IMG/VR virus record: IMGVR_UViG_3300042922_000250
Span: 9,829 to 73,828 of that record
Origin: a virus
Reading direction: 5' to 3' (one strand)
DNA: 64,000 bases
Below are positions 47,135 through 57,294 of the stretch, in pieces. The notes under the pieces are model-generated. The model was not told where the DNA came from. It worked only from the letters and a program-made list of their open reading frames with translations, and did not search any database. Position numbers and translations under genes: made by a program. Numbering within the stretch: position 1 is the first letter of the stretch; every line of letters begins with the position of its first letter.

Positions 47135-47693
47135 ACTTTTCCCTCCATTCATTTAACCATTGGTCATAATATCTAAAATCTACAAAGATAGTCCCGTCTT
47201 CGTGCTCTACCCAATTTGCTAGATTTTGCAGGTCGCATATAATCGTGTCATTCATGCTCCTGCCTCCATTCGTCCACATATGCCGGGTCAACAATGTATG
47301 TACCATCGGTGAACTTCACCCATTTGAAAAAGCCTTGCAGGTCAGCGAACGTTACATTACTCATATGGCTGCACCTGCCTTCTTCTTGTCTATCAGATGT
47401 TCAATGAGCATTAAGACAATTAAATCTAACACAAGGCTGTCGTTATCAGTCATAATGCATCACCTGCCTCTTTCTCGCGTTTCGTTTCGGACATTACGTC
47501 CCATAGCCAGAGGCGAGCTAGGATTTCAACCAGCGATTCATAGGGGATATCCGTTTTGGTCATAAAAATACCTCCATCATGCTAAACCTTGCAGATAGAG
47601 GGTGGAACATGCTATACTTATAGCAAGTAAGCCTCTTCTGAGGTTTGCGGGATTGGAAGTCCGTCAGAGCGGCAAACTTGAGCGGGCTTCCTT

Positions 47694-47831
47694 TTACTTT
47701 TGGGATTTTTCCAGGTCAGATTTTATAAGTGAGATAACATAGTCCTTGAGGGTGATTCCCTCCAGGGCTATTTTTACTTTTATCTGCTTATAAAAATCTT
47801 CATCGACCTTGAAATTGATGGTTTTTTCCAT
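47694..47831 (-). CDS. RHH regulator (45 aa)
   Basis: Manual translation MEKTINFKVDEDFYKQIKVKIALEGITLKDYVISLIKSDL; AAGGAGG RBS. Confidence 0.7.
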   Translation of the reverse strand: MEKTINFKVDEDFYKQIKVKIALEGITLKDYVISLIKSDLEKSQK

Positions 47832-47907
47832 TACATCCCTCCTTGGTACAATATTACAACATTACATTATATAATGTCAAGAGGGATTCCCAAAATAAAA
47901 GGAAGCG

Positions 47908-48129
47908 TTATTTTCTTTTCCCCGGCGCATTGTCCTTCGCTCTTGCGTCATCAATCGCTTGGTCCTGAATATCAGCCTGCATGTCTAAAATTGCATTTAG
48001 CTTTTGTAGGTCAACCAATGTTATATCCCCGGACTTCACCGCCTCCAAGCGGCACTGCTTTGCCGCTATCGGCTTCCATATGATAAGCTGTTCGGCCACG
48101 TCTTGCCGGAGCGTACCGGGGATGTTCAC
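47908..48129 (-). CDS. Tail assembly chaperone GT extension
   Basis: In the -1 frame of the 48168 gene; ITLVDLQKLNAILDM. Confidence 0.7.
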   Translation of the reverse strand: MNIPGTLRQDVAEQLIIWKPIAAKQCRLEAVKSGDITLVDLQKLNAILDMQADIQDQAIDDARAKDNAPGKRK

Positions 48130-48147
48130 CGACTTATCCTTCCGTTT

Positions 48148-48183
48148 GCTAACCCAAATTGGATTAGCTAGGTTATAAAAAAA
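48148..48183 (-). promoter_or_regulatory. -1 programmed ribosomal frameshift signal
   Basis: T TTT TTT heptamer followed by GCTAATCCA-att-TGGGTTAGC hairpin. Confidence 0.75.
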
Positions 48184-48632
48184 TCGCTGTAGTTCACCCG
48201 TAGCACTTGCCAGGCCAGTTCAAACATGCCTTTTAGTTTGCCGTTGTAGATTGCCGCCAGCGCGGCCCTATCAAGCTTTTTGACCTTATCCCGGTCTCCA
48301 TAAGGACCATAACTAATATAGTCGCCGTTGAGGATACGAGTAAGCAGGTCATTCAGTTTCGCGCCGCTAACAGCCGCAGACAGTTGTTTTAATGCGTTTT
48401 CAACGTCCAGTTCCTTGCTCAGGAGCTTAGACAGAGTAACGGCTTCTTTCTGAGTTGGCAGTTCCTCCCCGGGCTCATCGCCTGCGGCGCCAAGGTTCGT
48501 TTTCCCAAGCGCAGCCCCTAATGCAGGCAGAACCGTCTTTTGCAGATCGCCCAACAAATCAAGTGATTTGAAAGGGTCCATAGGGCGAAGGTAAAACGTA
48601 TATTCGCCCTGATTAAATTCCGTGATATCCAT
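48168..48632 (-). CDS. Tail assembly chaperone (gpG-like)
   Basis: Between tube and tape measure genes; ends VLRVNYSDFF. Confidence 0.8.
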   Translation of the reverse strand: MDITEFNQGEYTFYLRPMDPFKSLDLLGDLQKTVLPALGAALGKTNLGAAGDEPGEELPTQKEAVTLSKLLSKELDVENALKQLSAAVSGAKLNDLLTRILNGDYISYGPYGDRDKVKKLDRAALAAIYNGKLKGMFELAWQVLRVNYSDFFIT

Positions 48633-49057
48633 TAATCATGCCCTCCTACAAACAAAGTGCCGTCAGCGGTATTCAGAACCCATTCCGTATTTCCTCCGCT
48701 GGCGTCGTTGGTCCGGTTTACCTCCGGATGCTTGGTGATCCACGCCTGCGAGGCGAAAAACGTCGTTCGGCCCGACAGGTCTTTTACCAGGAGGGGGAGG
48801 ATTCCATCTCCCTTGCTCCTGTCTCGGGCGTGAATAATTGACAATTCATCATTGCTGGAACTTGATTGTTGCAGTGGAATCGTGACCTCGTGCCGCCGGT
48901 CTGGAGACAAGGTTCTGACGACCTGCCCGTCGCAGCCGACGACGGATGTGATCCCGTCACCCATCGGCGATATAGTGATTATGCTGTCTTCGGAGAATCC
49001 GTGAATATTCAAGCCGCCAAGGGAAACAAGAACCTTTTTCGGATCATATGTCGGCAT
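48632..49057 (-). CDS. Tail tube protein (DUF3277-like)
   Basis: TYDPKKV, VGCDG, LQQSSSSNDEL, KDLSG. Confidence 0.8.
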   Translation of the reverse strand: MPTYDPKKVLVSLGGLNIHGFSEDSIITISPMGDGITSVVGCDGQVVRTLSPDRRHEVTIPLQQSSSSNDELSIIHARDRSKGDGILPLLVKDLSGRTTFFASQAWITKHPEVNRTNDASGGNTEWVLNTADGTLFVGGHD

Positions 49058-49071
49058 CCTTTACACCCCCT

Positions 49072-50142
49072 CTAAAATTCATAGGTCAGACTACCGGTAA
49101 TTTCAGCAACGTGGATTGCTCCGGCCAGACGCGCAGAAAACGTCATATCCTCCAGGATACGGCTTGCTTTGGTGTTTGCGCTGATGTTAGCAGCCAATGG
49201 TACGCTAATGACATAGCCAGGAATTTCGTTGTCGTCTTCGTCGTATTCCGTCGGCGCGATTCCACCGCGGCGCTGTCCGAGTTCCAAGGCTTCGGCCATT
49301 TTTGCTTCAATGGTGGCAATACCATCATCTGTATATGGCACCTTGTCGCGGTTGATCAACAGGTTAAAAATATTGACTTGCATTTCTTCTTGCAACCAAT
49401 CGCGGAAGCGGATAACGTCAATCCATTCGCCAGCGGCAACCTTGCCGGTCTGAGTAATTGAAACGCTGTCCCTAAACGATTCGAAGGTATTGCAGTTCTT
49501 GGCTTTGGCGGCCAGGAATTGAGTCTCAGTCAGGCGGTCGGTAGTGACTCCGGCCAGTTTCTTGTTTGCCCAAGTTTCTCCGCCAGGCAATACCGCAAAG
49601 CACCGAGCCATGCAAGCCAGTTCCGGAAAGTCTGTCGCGGCGTCAGCGTGGTAAAAACTAAATGTCCGGTAGTAGTTGCTTTCTTTTAGCAGGTACGGCG
49701 TGTCCGTGGTAGACGCTGCGGAAACGGCTCCTGCTTCTGATACAGCAGTCCCAAACAGTTTTCCCTCGGCTTCGGCCCAAGCGGCCACTGCAAGGATATC
49801 GGCAGACGTGCGGCTGGTAAGCCCCAAACCATACCACTGATTATCTTCTTGAACGATTGCTGCCAGCGCAGCAGCCCAAGAAGCGTCGGCCGCTTTCTTT
49901 TGTCCTATCTTTACATAGCGCGGGCGCGGCGTCTGGCTTAGCGCATCGCGCACGGCCAAATAAGCGGCGTCAGTATCTGTAAATCCGTCGTCCAGCATCG
50001 CACTGGCAGACGTATACGTTACCACACGGCTTGATTCAACGACTTCCGGGCAAAGAATCAGGATCGTGTTAAAATCCTTTTTGTTAATGCCAGTTGTCTG
50101 CAAACTAATTTGCACGTTGGCAATTCTGGTTATATCGGCCAT
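49072..50142 (-). CDS. Tail sheath protein (DUF3383-like)
   Basis: PGGETWANKKLAGV, GEWIDVIRFRDWL, KVPYTDDG, LAGAIH. Confidence 0.88.
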   Translation of the reverse strand: MADITRIANVQISLQTTGINKKDFNTILILCPEVVESSRVVTYTSASAMLDDGFTDTDAAYLAVRDALSQTPRPRYVKIGQKKAADASWAAALAAIVQEDNQWYGLGLTSRTSADILAVAAWAEAEGKLFGTAVSEAGAVSAASTTDTPYLLKESNYYRTFSFYHADAATDFPELACMARCFAVLPGGETWANKKLAGVTTDRLTETQFLAAKAKNCNTFESFRDSVSITQTGKVAAGEWIDVIRFRDWLQEEMQVNIFNLLINRDKVPYTDDGIATIEAKMAEALELGQRRGGIAPTEYDEDDNEIPGYVISVPLAANISANTKASRILEDMTFSARLAGAIHVAEITGSLTYEF

Positions 50143-50693
50143 TATTGCACCCCTTTCGTAGTAATGTTGACCTCGACCTCTGCCGGGTCTGTTTCGTGTA
50201 TAGTTTGGTCCCGTTCGCCCAGTTCGCCAGTAACAATGACGGTAGTAATGTAGCCGGGTTCGTCTTCTATCGACCTGCCGTACGTAACATACAGGTCAAT
50301 ATTTGCGCGTTCTTCCCAACTCCTGCCGTCAAGTAATGCGGTTAAGTCCTGCGGGGCTTCGGCGCGCGGGAACGCAATGCTGGCAGCAAAACAGCGGTCT
50401 ACAATCGTAGGCCGCTGCAACGCTGTCCAGAGCATATTTAATTTGTCGATTGTGCCGGTCCCGAAAGCATTCACGGAAAGGGTAGCCTCTTTCTGGCTAA
50501 CCACGTCAAGAATGCCGGAACCGTCTTTTCTGCGCCGGACCTCAGTCCCTGTTGTTCGCTCGGCCGACAGGCGCAGGCTGATATAGGGATTTGATGGTTT
50601 TGGCGCGTTTTGGTAATCCCATATACATTTCGTTCCGCCGGTTAACTCCCTGACAAGCGGTAATATAAAGGCTTTCGCCTCGGGATAGGTCAA
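50142..50693 (-). CDS. Neck/tail terminator protein
   Basis: QNAPKPSNPYISL; gene order. Confidence 0.7.
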   Translation of the reverse strand: MTYPEAKAFILPLVRELTGGTKCIWDYQNAPKPSNPYISLRLSAERTTGTEVRRRKDGSGILDVVSQKEATLSVNAFGTGTIDKLNMLWTALQRPTIVDRCFAASIAFPRAEAPQDLTALLDGRSWEERANIDLYVTYGRSIEDEPGYITTVIVTGELGERDQTIHETDPAEVEVNITTKGVQ

Positions 50694-51052
50694 TTGGCCT
50701 TCACCTCCACGGCAAAAGACTTGTAATGTGAGATAACCCCCATTTGATGGGCATTACAGCCAACAACTTCCCACGTTTTCCCTAACCAAGTGATGAGATC
50801 AGCATTTCTGCCAGTGTCTCCTTCAGTTTCTGCCTGTTCAGCAGGGAAAAGCTCGGCGCTAGAGTAAATCTTCACAGACTTACTCGTCCTGCGTCCCTCT
50901 GGAAGAGATTCCATTTCGTCAACTGCAAGCGGCTGAATACTCATTGGTATGGTTAACATGAGCGGGGCTCCAGGAACCCAATTACCGTCATCTCCATAAT
51001 CCCCTTCAGTGTTTGCCCTGGTTACTGGTATAGGTTTTCTAAAGCTGCTCAT
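50690..51052 (-). CDS. Head closure protein
   Basis: SIQPL...LPEGRR...KIYS. Confidence 0.65.
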   Translation of the reverse strand: MSSFRKPIPVTRANTEGDYGDDGNWVPGAPLMLTIPMSIQPLAVDEMESLPEGRRTSKSVKIYSSAELFPAEQAETEGDTGRNADLITWLGKTWEVVGCNAHQMGVISHYKSFAVEVKAN

Positions 51053-51660
51053 TGGTTCACCTTCCCGCTGCCGCGCTTGCGGACTACATAACGGATTGAT
51101 TGACGCATGCGGCCAGAGTCGATAAGGGGGCGAGAACTTTTCTTTTTGCGAATCGTACTGGGGGCATTAGCGGTAAAAGGGCCGTCAACAATTTTGCGCT
51201 GGATATCTCCCTGCATTACGTTGCCGAGCATATCCATGGCCCCCTGCGCCGTAGTCTTACCGTCGACTATTTGCCCGACTTGTCCCCAAGCTGCCGTTTT
51301 CCAAACACCTGTTTTCTCATCGAAAGTATCTCTCATGAATCGGCGCTCAGGGATAGTAACTGAATGAGCACCAACAGACACATCGCGGGCAAAGTTAGAC
51401 CGCTTGGCTTTTACGAACCTTCCACCTCGCAGGAATTTGCCCTTTGAACTAATCTTATGAAAGACGGTCTGTGTTCTAGCTTCACGGTCAATTACGGCAC
51501 CAAACTCATGTATTGCCCCCAACTCAGCCATATCCATAGTTCCATCCTTGGTCTTTTTGCCCGCCTGCAGCCCGACAGCAATCTCCTTGCCCTTTAGCTC
51601 GGCTAACCCCTGCATGATCCGGCTGAATCCCCGGTCAATATCCCTGATTGCCTTTGCCAC
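51049..51660 (-). CDS. Neck/tail completion protein
   Basis: IHEFGA, IPERRFMR, NAPSTI.KK.SS.PLIDSG. Confidence 0.7.
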   Translation of the reverse strand: MAKAIRDIDRGFSRIMQGLAELKGKEIAVGLQAGKKTKDGTMDMAELGAIHEFGAVIDREARTQTVFHKISSKGKFLRGGRFVKAKRSNFARDVSVGAHSVTIPERRFMRDTFDEKTGVWKTAAWGQVGQIVDGKTTAQGAMDMLGNVMQGDIQRKIVDGPFTANAPSTIRKKKSSRPLIDSGRMRQSIRYVVRKRGSGKVNQ

Positions 51661-51664
51661 GCCA

Positions 51665-52051
51665 TCACCCCATCCTCGTTAGAATCGGTGTGATAACCAT
51701 CCGGCAGATACGCTTGTATTCCAGGCCGTAGGCGGTGCGCTCCAAGTTATCGGTAAAACTGCCGCTATTGGAGTTATTGCCGTTATCGGAGTAGCTGCGG
51801 GATAGGTCGCCCTCTTTCTCAGCTGTCACCCTGCCGCCAGTAGCCGCGCCGCTATTACTGCCAGATTCGGCGATGGTCGCCTGCCACGAAAGCCAGTGAG
51901 CAACAAGGTAAGCATGCGCCATAGGGTACAGCTTACCAAATTTGCTCTCGCTGATCATTGGCGCAGTTAATTCGATCAGCGCCGTTACAGTTTCGTCAGT
52001 CGTTGCTGTATACTCAGGGGCTACAATGCGGAATGCCTGTAGCACTGTCAT
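51665..52051 (-). CDS. Head-tail adaptor (DUF4054-like)
   Basis: AHWL, EKEGDLSRSY, TAYGLEY. Confidence 0.75.
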   Translation of the reverse strand: MTVLQAFRIVAPEYTATTDETVTALIELTAPMISESKFGKLYPMAHAYLVAHWLSWQATIAESGSNSGAATGGRVTAEKEGDLSRSYSDNGNNSNSGSFTDNLERTAYGLEYKRICRMVITPILTRMG

Positions 52052-52053
52052 GG

Positions 52054-52263
52054 CTATTCACTCGCTTTTTTACTGGCTTTGGCAGCACTTGCCGTAGTTT
52101 CAGTAATTTCGGTCAGAGCCAGCTTGCCAGCAGAAATATAGGCGGCAATCATCGGATGTGCAGCCTCTTCTGCGGTAACTTCAATTGCCTCGGCGCCGGG
52201 AATGAAGTTTTTCGCCCCAAGGCAGATAACGCCTTTGCTAGTGTTGGTGATGAACTTAGCCAT
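52054..52263 (-). CDS. Small virion-associated protein
   Basis: ORF directly after the major capsid gene. Confidence 0.55.
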   Translation of the reverse strand: MAKFITNTSKGVICLGAKNFIPGAEAIEVTAEEAAHPMIAAYISAGKLALTEITETTASAAKASKKASE

Positions 52264-52264
52264 A

Positions 52265-53221
52265 TTAGCAGCCCTCCGCTTTCATGAGAGATAACGGGAA
52301 ATAGATGATCACGCCGCCATTCCGGGAGTGGCATGGAACAACGTACTCCAAACCTTCCATTTGCACCGGAAACTGTTCGAACGGTTGCGGGATCTCAAGG
52401 GTCAGTTTGTCTGGCGATTTCTTGTAGATCATGCAGATATCAGTCCCGCCTGTGCCGACGCCAACAAACTCTGGAACGACCTGAACACTCTTGATATACG
52501 GATTGTTTGCCAAAAAGAAGGCCAGGATAGTAACCTGCGTATCGCCTACACGCCGACTGGTCAAGTCAGAGTGGGTCGTGTGACCAAGCAGGAGAGTGTC
52601 CGGCCTTTCTATGTTCTTGGTTAATTCCAACATCTTAGTAACCATGCCATTCAGATCACGCAATACTTGATCAGCGGTCTTGTCCTTAAACTTAGTGCTA
52701 GTGCCAGTTCCGTCCGCAGGCAATGTGTAAGCCGGAATATTTGGATGAGTCAACAGTCCGACAAGGCCATGTTCTTCGTCGCCGAAAAAAGCAATGTCGT
52801 TGACCTGCTGGTCATTGGCGCGGCGCGCGGCGCTGGCTTTGCGTTGTTCAAGCGGTTTGCCCGCCATCCGTGCGCCCCGGATATCCTGGATCGAATAGCC
52901 GTAGCTAACGCCAATGGACTTCACGTCAGAGGTGAATTTCTTGCCGACCAGATCCACGCGCGGCAAGTCGGTTGAATAGTTGGCAATAATTTTCGCTTGC
53001 CCGACTTCGCCGTACTGGTGGTAGGTAATGGTTTCAGCACCGGCGCCTGCAGAGCTATCAACCGGGATAATCCCAAGTGCGGACAGTTCAGCCAATACAA
53101 TGTCATATGTCCGGGCCTTTACACTCTCCAATTCCTGGGCAAAGAAAATGCTCTCGTTGGCGTCAAGCCGCTGAGAGCTTTCAATTGCATATAAATCTCT
53201 TTCGTCGTAACGTTTTTCCAT
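52265..53221 (-). CDS. Major capsid protein (DUF2184-like, HK97 fold)
   Basis: DLPRVD, YGYSIQDI, GLLTHPN, GGVIIYFP. Confidence 0.88.
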   Translation of the reverse strand: MEKRYDERDLYAIESSQRLDANESIFFAQELESVKARTYDIVLAELSALGIIPVDSSAGAGAETITYHQYGEVGQAKIIANYSTDLPRVDLVGKKFTSDVKSIGVSYGYSIQDIRGARMAGKPLEQRKASAARRANDQQVNDIAFFGDEEHGLVGLLTHPNIPAYTLPADGTGTSTKFKDKTADQVLRDLNGMVTKMLELTKNIERPDTLLLGHTTHSDLTSRRVGDTQVTILAFFLANNPYIKSVQVVPEFVGVGTGGTDICMIYKKSPDKLTLEIPQPFEQFPVQMEGLEYVVPCHSRNGGVIIYFPLSLMKAEGC

Positions 53222-53237
53222 TCGTGCAATCGCCTCC

Positions 53238-53699
53238 TTAATTTAGTTCCACTACGGCCAACCCGGCCCCAGTGGTTGAAGTGATAAATTTAGCGCCGGT
53301 AATTGCAGACGCCAGCGGACCAGCACCAGCCGCAGCAGCCCATTTGCCTTTGTTTGCACCGGAGAATACCAGGAAAGCGCCGTTGCCGGCAGTAACCGCC
53401 TCAGTGACAGGAACCCACGCCCGGCCTTTGTTTAGGACCGGAACTGTCTGCTCATCCTTATAGATTACATTGCCGTCTGCGTCCTGCTCTTTTGCCTGCA
53501 GCATCGCAATCCCAGCTACTACAGCAGTAGTTGCAGCAGCAAGCTTTACCTGCTTTTCTTTATTTGTTCCAAGGATAACGCCCATTCCCGGGTAAATGTC
53601 ATCTGTTTCAACAGCATAGGCATCCACACGACGAAAAGAAATATCGTACTGCGTACCGGCAAGCCCAACGGGCATTTTCTGATTATAGGTCAGTTGCAT
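53238..53699 (-). CDS. Capsid decoration/cement protein
   Basis: VLNKGRAWV...AVTAG; upstream of the major capsid gene. Confidence 0.7.
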   Translation of the reverse strand: MQLTYNQKMPVGLAGTQYDISFRRVDAYAVETDDIYPGMGVILGTNKEKQVKLAAATTAVVAGIAMLQAKEQDADGNVIYKDEQTVPVLNKGRAWVPVTEAVTAGNGAFLVFSGANKGKWAAAAGAGPLASAITGAKFITSTTGAGLAVVELN

Positions 53700-53701
53700 T
53701 A

Positions 53702-54811
53702 TTATTTACCCCCTTTGTCTTCGCCCTTATAGGCGTTTTGTTGGCGCTCAATCATTTTCTGGCGGCGACCTTCGGCAGAATCTTCCTCTGCGTCGGCTCG
53801 TTTGCTGACCTGATACAGTTTCTTGCGCTGCTCGGCCATGCTATCGGTCCGTTTTTCGGCTTTCGCTAGGTCAAAGGCGGCGTTGATATAGTCGTCAGAT
53901 TTGCCGGCAGGGTCGAATGAATCACCGTGAACAGCCTTAATAACGGCTAGTTTGATATCCTTGTCAGTTAGCTCGTCGGCTTTGTCGATACGGAAAGTAC
54001 CGGCAACCTGCAGCAGATCGACGCGAGTCTTTACCGCGGCGTTAATGCTGTCAGCAGCATCCTTGCGGACCTTTTCCAGTTCTCCCGGGTGAGCATCGAC
54101 CTTTACTCTCAAGGTGTCGCGTTCGGCTGTCACGGAGTCAAGCCGCTTCTGAGTATCCTTGCCTGTAGTTTCGGCCTCATCGGCTCGCTTGTTGGCCTTA
54201 TTCAAGGCGTTGACCACTTCCGGGGCGGCTTCATACTCAATGTCGTCTAATCGAATTTTCATTGATGGTTTTCCCTCGCTTTCATTTTCATAGATTTCGT
54301 CCCCGTCAAGATTCAGACGGGCTTCTCCACCGGCTCTCGCCGCCGGGACAACAGATAAGTGATTGATCACAATATTGCGCTGGATGTAGTCGTATTTCTC
54401 GCCTCCGGGAGTAATGCCAGGACTTGCTTCCGCATCTAGGCGATATCCAAGCGATAACTGGCGATTACTCCCCATAGCCGCAGGATCGTGAATAACAATG
54501 TCGCCTAGCACCTTGTCTCCATCCTGCCTGCCTTCGCTGATCATTGTTCCAACCGTAACCCGGCGCGCGTTCTTTGGTGTTACCTCACCCTCGGTAGGGT
54601 GACGGATAGTGATTGGTTTGCCCTTGTAGGAGGCCAGGCTATCCGCCCGAAAGACCTCTTCCGGTGGTCGGTACTCTCGCCGCGCCGATCCATCAGGATT
54701 GCGGTAAACAAAAACCCCTGTCCTTGTCAGAATGGGGCTATCATGCAAAAAGCCGTCAGCGTCAATTCTAGCGGACGGTAAGGTTATACTGTCATAGCGT
54801 TTTACTGTCAA
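53702..54811 (-). CDS. Prohead protease/scaffold (DUF2213-like)
   Basis: RTGVFVY, EYRPPEEVF, LSLGY, NHLSVV..ARAG. Confidence 0.85.
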   Translation of the reverse strand: MTVKRYDSITLPSARIDADGFLHDSPILTRTGVFVYRNPDGSARREYRPPEEVFRADSLASYKGKPITIRHPTEGEVTPKNARRVTVGTMISEGRQDGDKVLGDIVIHDPAAMGSNRQLSLGYRLDAEASPGITPGGEKYDYIQRNIVINHLSVVPAARAGGEARLNLDGDEIYENESEGKPSMKIRLDDIEYEAAPEVVNALNKANKRADEAETTGKDTQKRLDSVTAERDTLRVKVDAHPGELEKVRKDAADSINAAVKTRVDLLQVAGTFRIDKADELTDKDIKLAVIKAVHGDSFDPAGKSDDYINAAFDLAKAEKRTDSMAEQRKKLYQVSKRADAEEDSAEGRRQKMIERQQNAYKGEDKGGK

Positions 54812-54853
54812 ATTCTCACCTCCTTTCGGGCATAAAAAAACGGCTATTCGCCG

Positions 54854-55036
54854 CTAAGACTTAAACTCGTACTTCATCCTTTTAAGCACAAACTGGCTCA
54901 TTATCTTGAAACTATTTTGTGCGTTTTCGGCTGAAACAAGTTTCAGTTTTATTCCTGCCAATAATGCCATTTGATAAACCTTAAACGTAAGCCACACCCA
55001 GTTAGGCCACCATATCCGTATTACAGGGAGTTTCAC
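54854..55036 (-). CDS. Hypothetical protein
   Basis: Coupled to the gpF-like gene. Confidence 0.4.
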   Translation of the reverse strand: MKLPVIRIWWPNWVWLTFKVYQMALLAGIKLKLVSAENAQNSFKIMSQFVLKRMKYEFKS

Positions 55037-55950
55037 AGATCAACACCTCCTTGAAGCGATTCAACGTTAATCACCGGCAAAGCCACACAGCGGCAGGCTA
55101 TCTCCAATCCAGGCGGCTTGCCGTTGACTAATTCAAGTACCTTGATTGACTTTCCGTCTCGACCGTTAATTACCTTTTCAGCCATGCCGCTACCCGGCCA
55201 AGCATAATATTTGCCTTCGCGGTCTGCGTGGCTATCACGAACGCGAGAATCCCTGCTTGAACTCCACTCATAAACGCCAATCCCGGCGCCCATTTGCCTT
55301 TTTTCGGTTATCAGTCCATTTAGCGAGGCGGTCTGATCACGCGCAATCAGTTGTGCCCGCCGACTGGTTACGCCATACAGATTTTCAATCTCTTTCCCCA
55401 TGTCTCTGGCGAGCGTGCCTTCCGACAGCCCCCGGCTCACAACCCCTTGCAACTTTCCGAAGTATTCATCCGGGATTGTCTTAATCAGCCTAACATTCTC
55501 AGCCGTCCATTCTTCCATGATCCTTCGTAAGTCCGGGTCAGGCAGAAAGATATCAACCCGCAATGCAGATCGCAGAACATCGTAAAACTCGCCACGGTTA
55601 AATCCTCTAATCTGTTCGGCTATCCTCGACGCTCTCTGAATAGCCTTGTCAGTGGCTCCAATCGCCGCATACGCCTCTTTGATTAGGCGGGTGATGTATT
55701 CTGAATCGGTTTCGTCTAAACGGGTGGTAAATTCTTTTGCAGACCCTATCCACCATCGCTCAACAATTTTCTTTCCGTATCGGACCTCAGGTATATAACT
55801 AAGAATAAACTCCATTTTGCTCATCGTGGCCTCGCGTAAGGCTCTAGCGACAGCGCGGAGCGTGCGAGCATAATCGCGTTCAATGGCTGTAGGATGTCGC
55901 CACTTGCGGCGCGGGACGATGTATCTACTTTTCGGTTTCGCCATCGTCAA
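55033..55950 (-). CDS. Minor head protein (Mu gpF/SPP1 gp7 family)
   Basis: RAQLIARDQ, W.SS.D.RVR.SH, PG....CRCVALP. Confidence 0.85.
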   Translation of the reverse strand: MTMAKPKSRYIVPRRKWRHPTAIERDYARTLRAVARALREATMSKMEFILSYIPEVRYGKKIVERWWIGSAKEFTTRLDETDSEYITRLIKEAYAAIGATDKAIQRASRIAEQIRGFNRGEFYDVLRSALRVDIFLPDPDLRRIMEEWTAENVRLIKTIPDEYFGKLQGVVSRGLSEGTLARDMGKEIENLYGVTSRRAQLIARDQTASLNGLITEKRQMGAGIGVYEWSSSRDSRVRDSHADREGKYYAWPGSGMAEKVINGRDGKSIKVLELVNGKPPGLEIACRCVALPVINVESLQGGVDL

Positions 55951-57277
55951 CCACTTCCTCAGGATCGGGTTCTGGCTCTGGCGTCACATCAAGCGTCATG
56001 TCCATGTGTTCGCTGTATTTGCTGTCAGCCGCCAACATTTGGCGAACTTCCGAACCATCAAGCGCATTAATATTGGCATAAGCGGTTGCGGTGTCCGCCT
56101 CTGCCTTATCAGCGTCAGCATTTAGCTTGCGGGTTTCTGCTTGCTCTTTCTCGCTTGGCATCCAGATAGGATTAAATTCGACATTCCATTTCTCAAGTTG
56201 AACGCCACGGAATAGACCGTGCCTAGACAACATCAGAAGTCGAACAAGCTTGTCAATATTTCCTTTTAGCCGACGCTTTTGCAGGCGGCGAACCAGGCTA
56301 TAGAATATTTCATTATCCGATTGCCCGGTCGCGCTAAGCCCTGCCGGGGAGCGACCGAAGAGAACCGTAAAGGGAATCCCTGTCAGCGCACATACATACA
56401 GGCCGAACCGGTCAATCATTTCAGGTATTTGAGACAAGTTCATATTGTGCAGTTGAAAATCGTCTTTCGCGTCGATTGCCACAGTATTAAGGATTGACCG
56501 GGCCATATCAATGAGTTGCAGGCGAGTTTTAACCTGTTCTTCGCCGTCGTCTGAAGCTAGTTGCTCTAGCAGTCCTTCAAACTTAGTCACGGACTGGCTC
56601 ATGCGTTCCATAATCATACGCGCCAGCCGGTATGAATCGTCATTGCGCGCCAGCGAATCAAAAAGCCCTTGAACACACGACATTCCCCATCCTTGGCGCT
56701 GCAATCGCTCGCGATTAGGCAACGGTTCACCGTCGAACAGCAGCACCCTGCTCCGGTGAGCATAAAATAGTGTTCCGTCTGCCGGGTTAAATTGATACCA
56801 TTCCGGCATGCCGAAAAAGCGACTATGATCATCATCGTTAATAATGGCGTTCTGAATAATGACCTCTCGCTTGTCGTACACCTTTAGCGTTTCAATCTCT
56901 GTGATGTTGTTTTCTCGCAATTCGTCTTCGAGCGTTCCACCGTCATTCACCGAAAGCAAAATCGCGCTCCCGCCGAACAACCGACTCCACCGGACGGCGT
57001 TAGCGAAATGCTCTTCTGCATTCAGATCGTCTAGCATCTGAATAGCCAATTCCTCTTCTTCGTCGCCGCAGACCTTAATCCAGTTTTTAACCGCTTCCTC
57101 TGCCGGTAGGTCTACGATCCGACGAACAAGGCCGTCGCCGTAATACATGGCGGCTAACTGCTGGTCAGTCAGTAAATGGCCCGGCTGATAGCGGGTACTT
57201 GCGAAAGGGTCACGGCCTTTTATATTGCTGCCAAGAAATGCATTTGTGAAGCCGTCTTGCCTTTTTGTTTTTGCCAA
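55925..57277 (-). CDS. Portal protein (DUF1073-like)
   Basis: RIVDLPAEEA, RLFGGSAI, IP.T.LFGRSPAGLSATGQSD, FNPIW. Confidence 0.85.
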   Translation of the reverse strand: MAKTKRQDGFTNAFLGSNIKGRDPFASTRYQPGHLLTDQQLAAMYYGDGLVRRIVDLPAEEAVKNWIKVCGDEEEELAIQMLDDLNAEEHFANAVRWSRLFGGSAILLSVNDGGTLEDELRENNITEIETLKVYDKREVIIQNAIINDDDHSRFFGMPEWYQFNPADGTLFYAHRSRVLLFDGEPLPNRERLQRQGWGMSCVQGLFDSLARNDDSYRLARMIMERMSQSVTKFEGLLEQLASDDGEEQVKTRLQLIDMARSILNTVAIDAKDDFQLHNMNLSQIPEMIDRFGLYVCALTGIPFTVLFGRSPAGLSATGQSDNEIFYSLVRRLQKRRLKGNIDKLVRLLMLSRHGLFRGVQLEKWNVEFNPIWMPSEKEQAETRKLNADADKAEADTATAYANINALDGSEVRQMLAADSKYSEHMDMTLDVTPEPEPDPEEVVDDGETEK

Positions 57278-57294
57278 ATCATCACCTTCTTTTC

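Noticed and set aside
55925-57277. Possible anti-CBASS Acb1 label often attached to DUF1073 proteins
   Set aside because: Position and motifs indicate a portal protein; no HxT phosphoesterase domain is seen.
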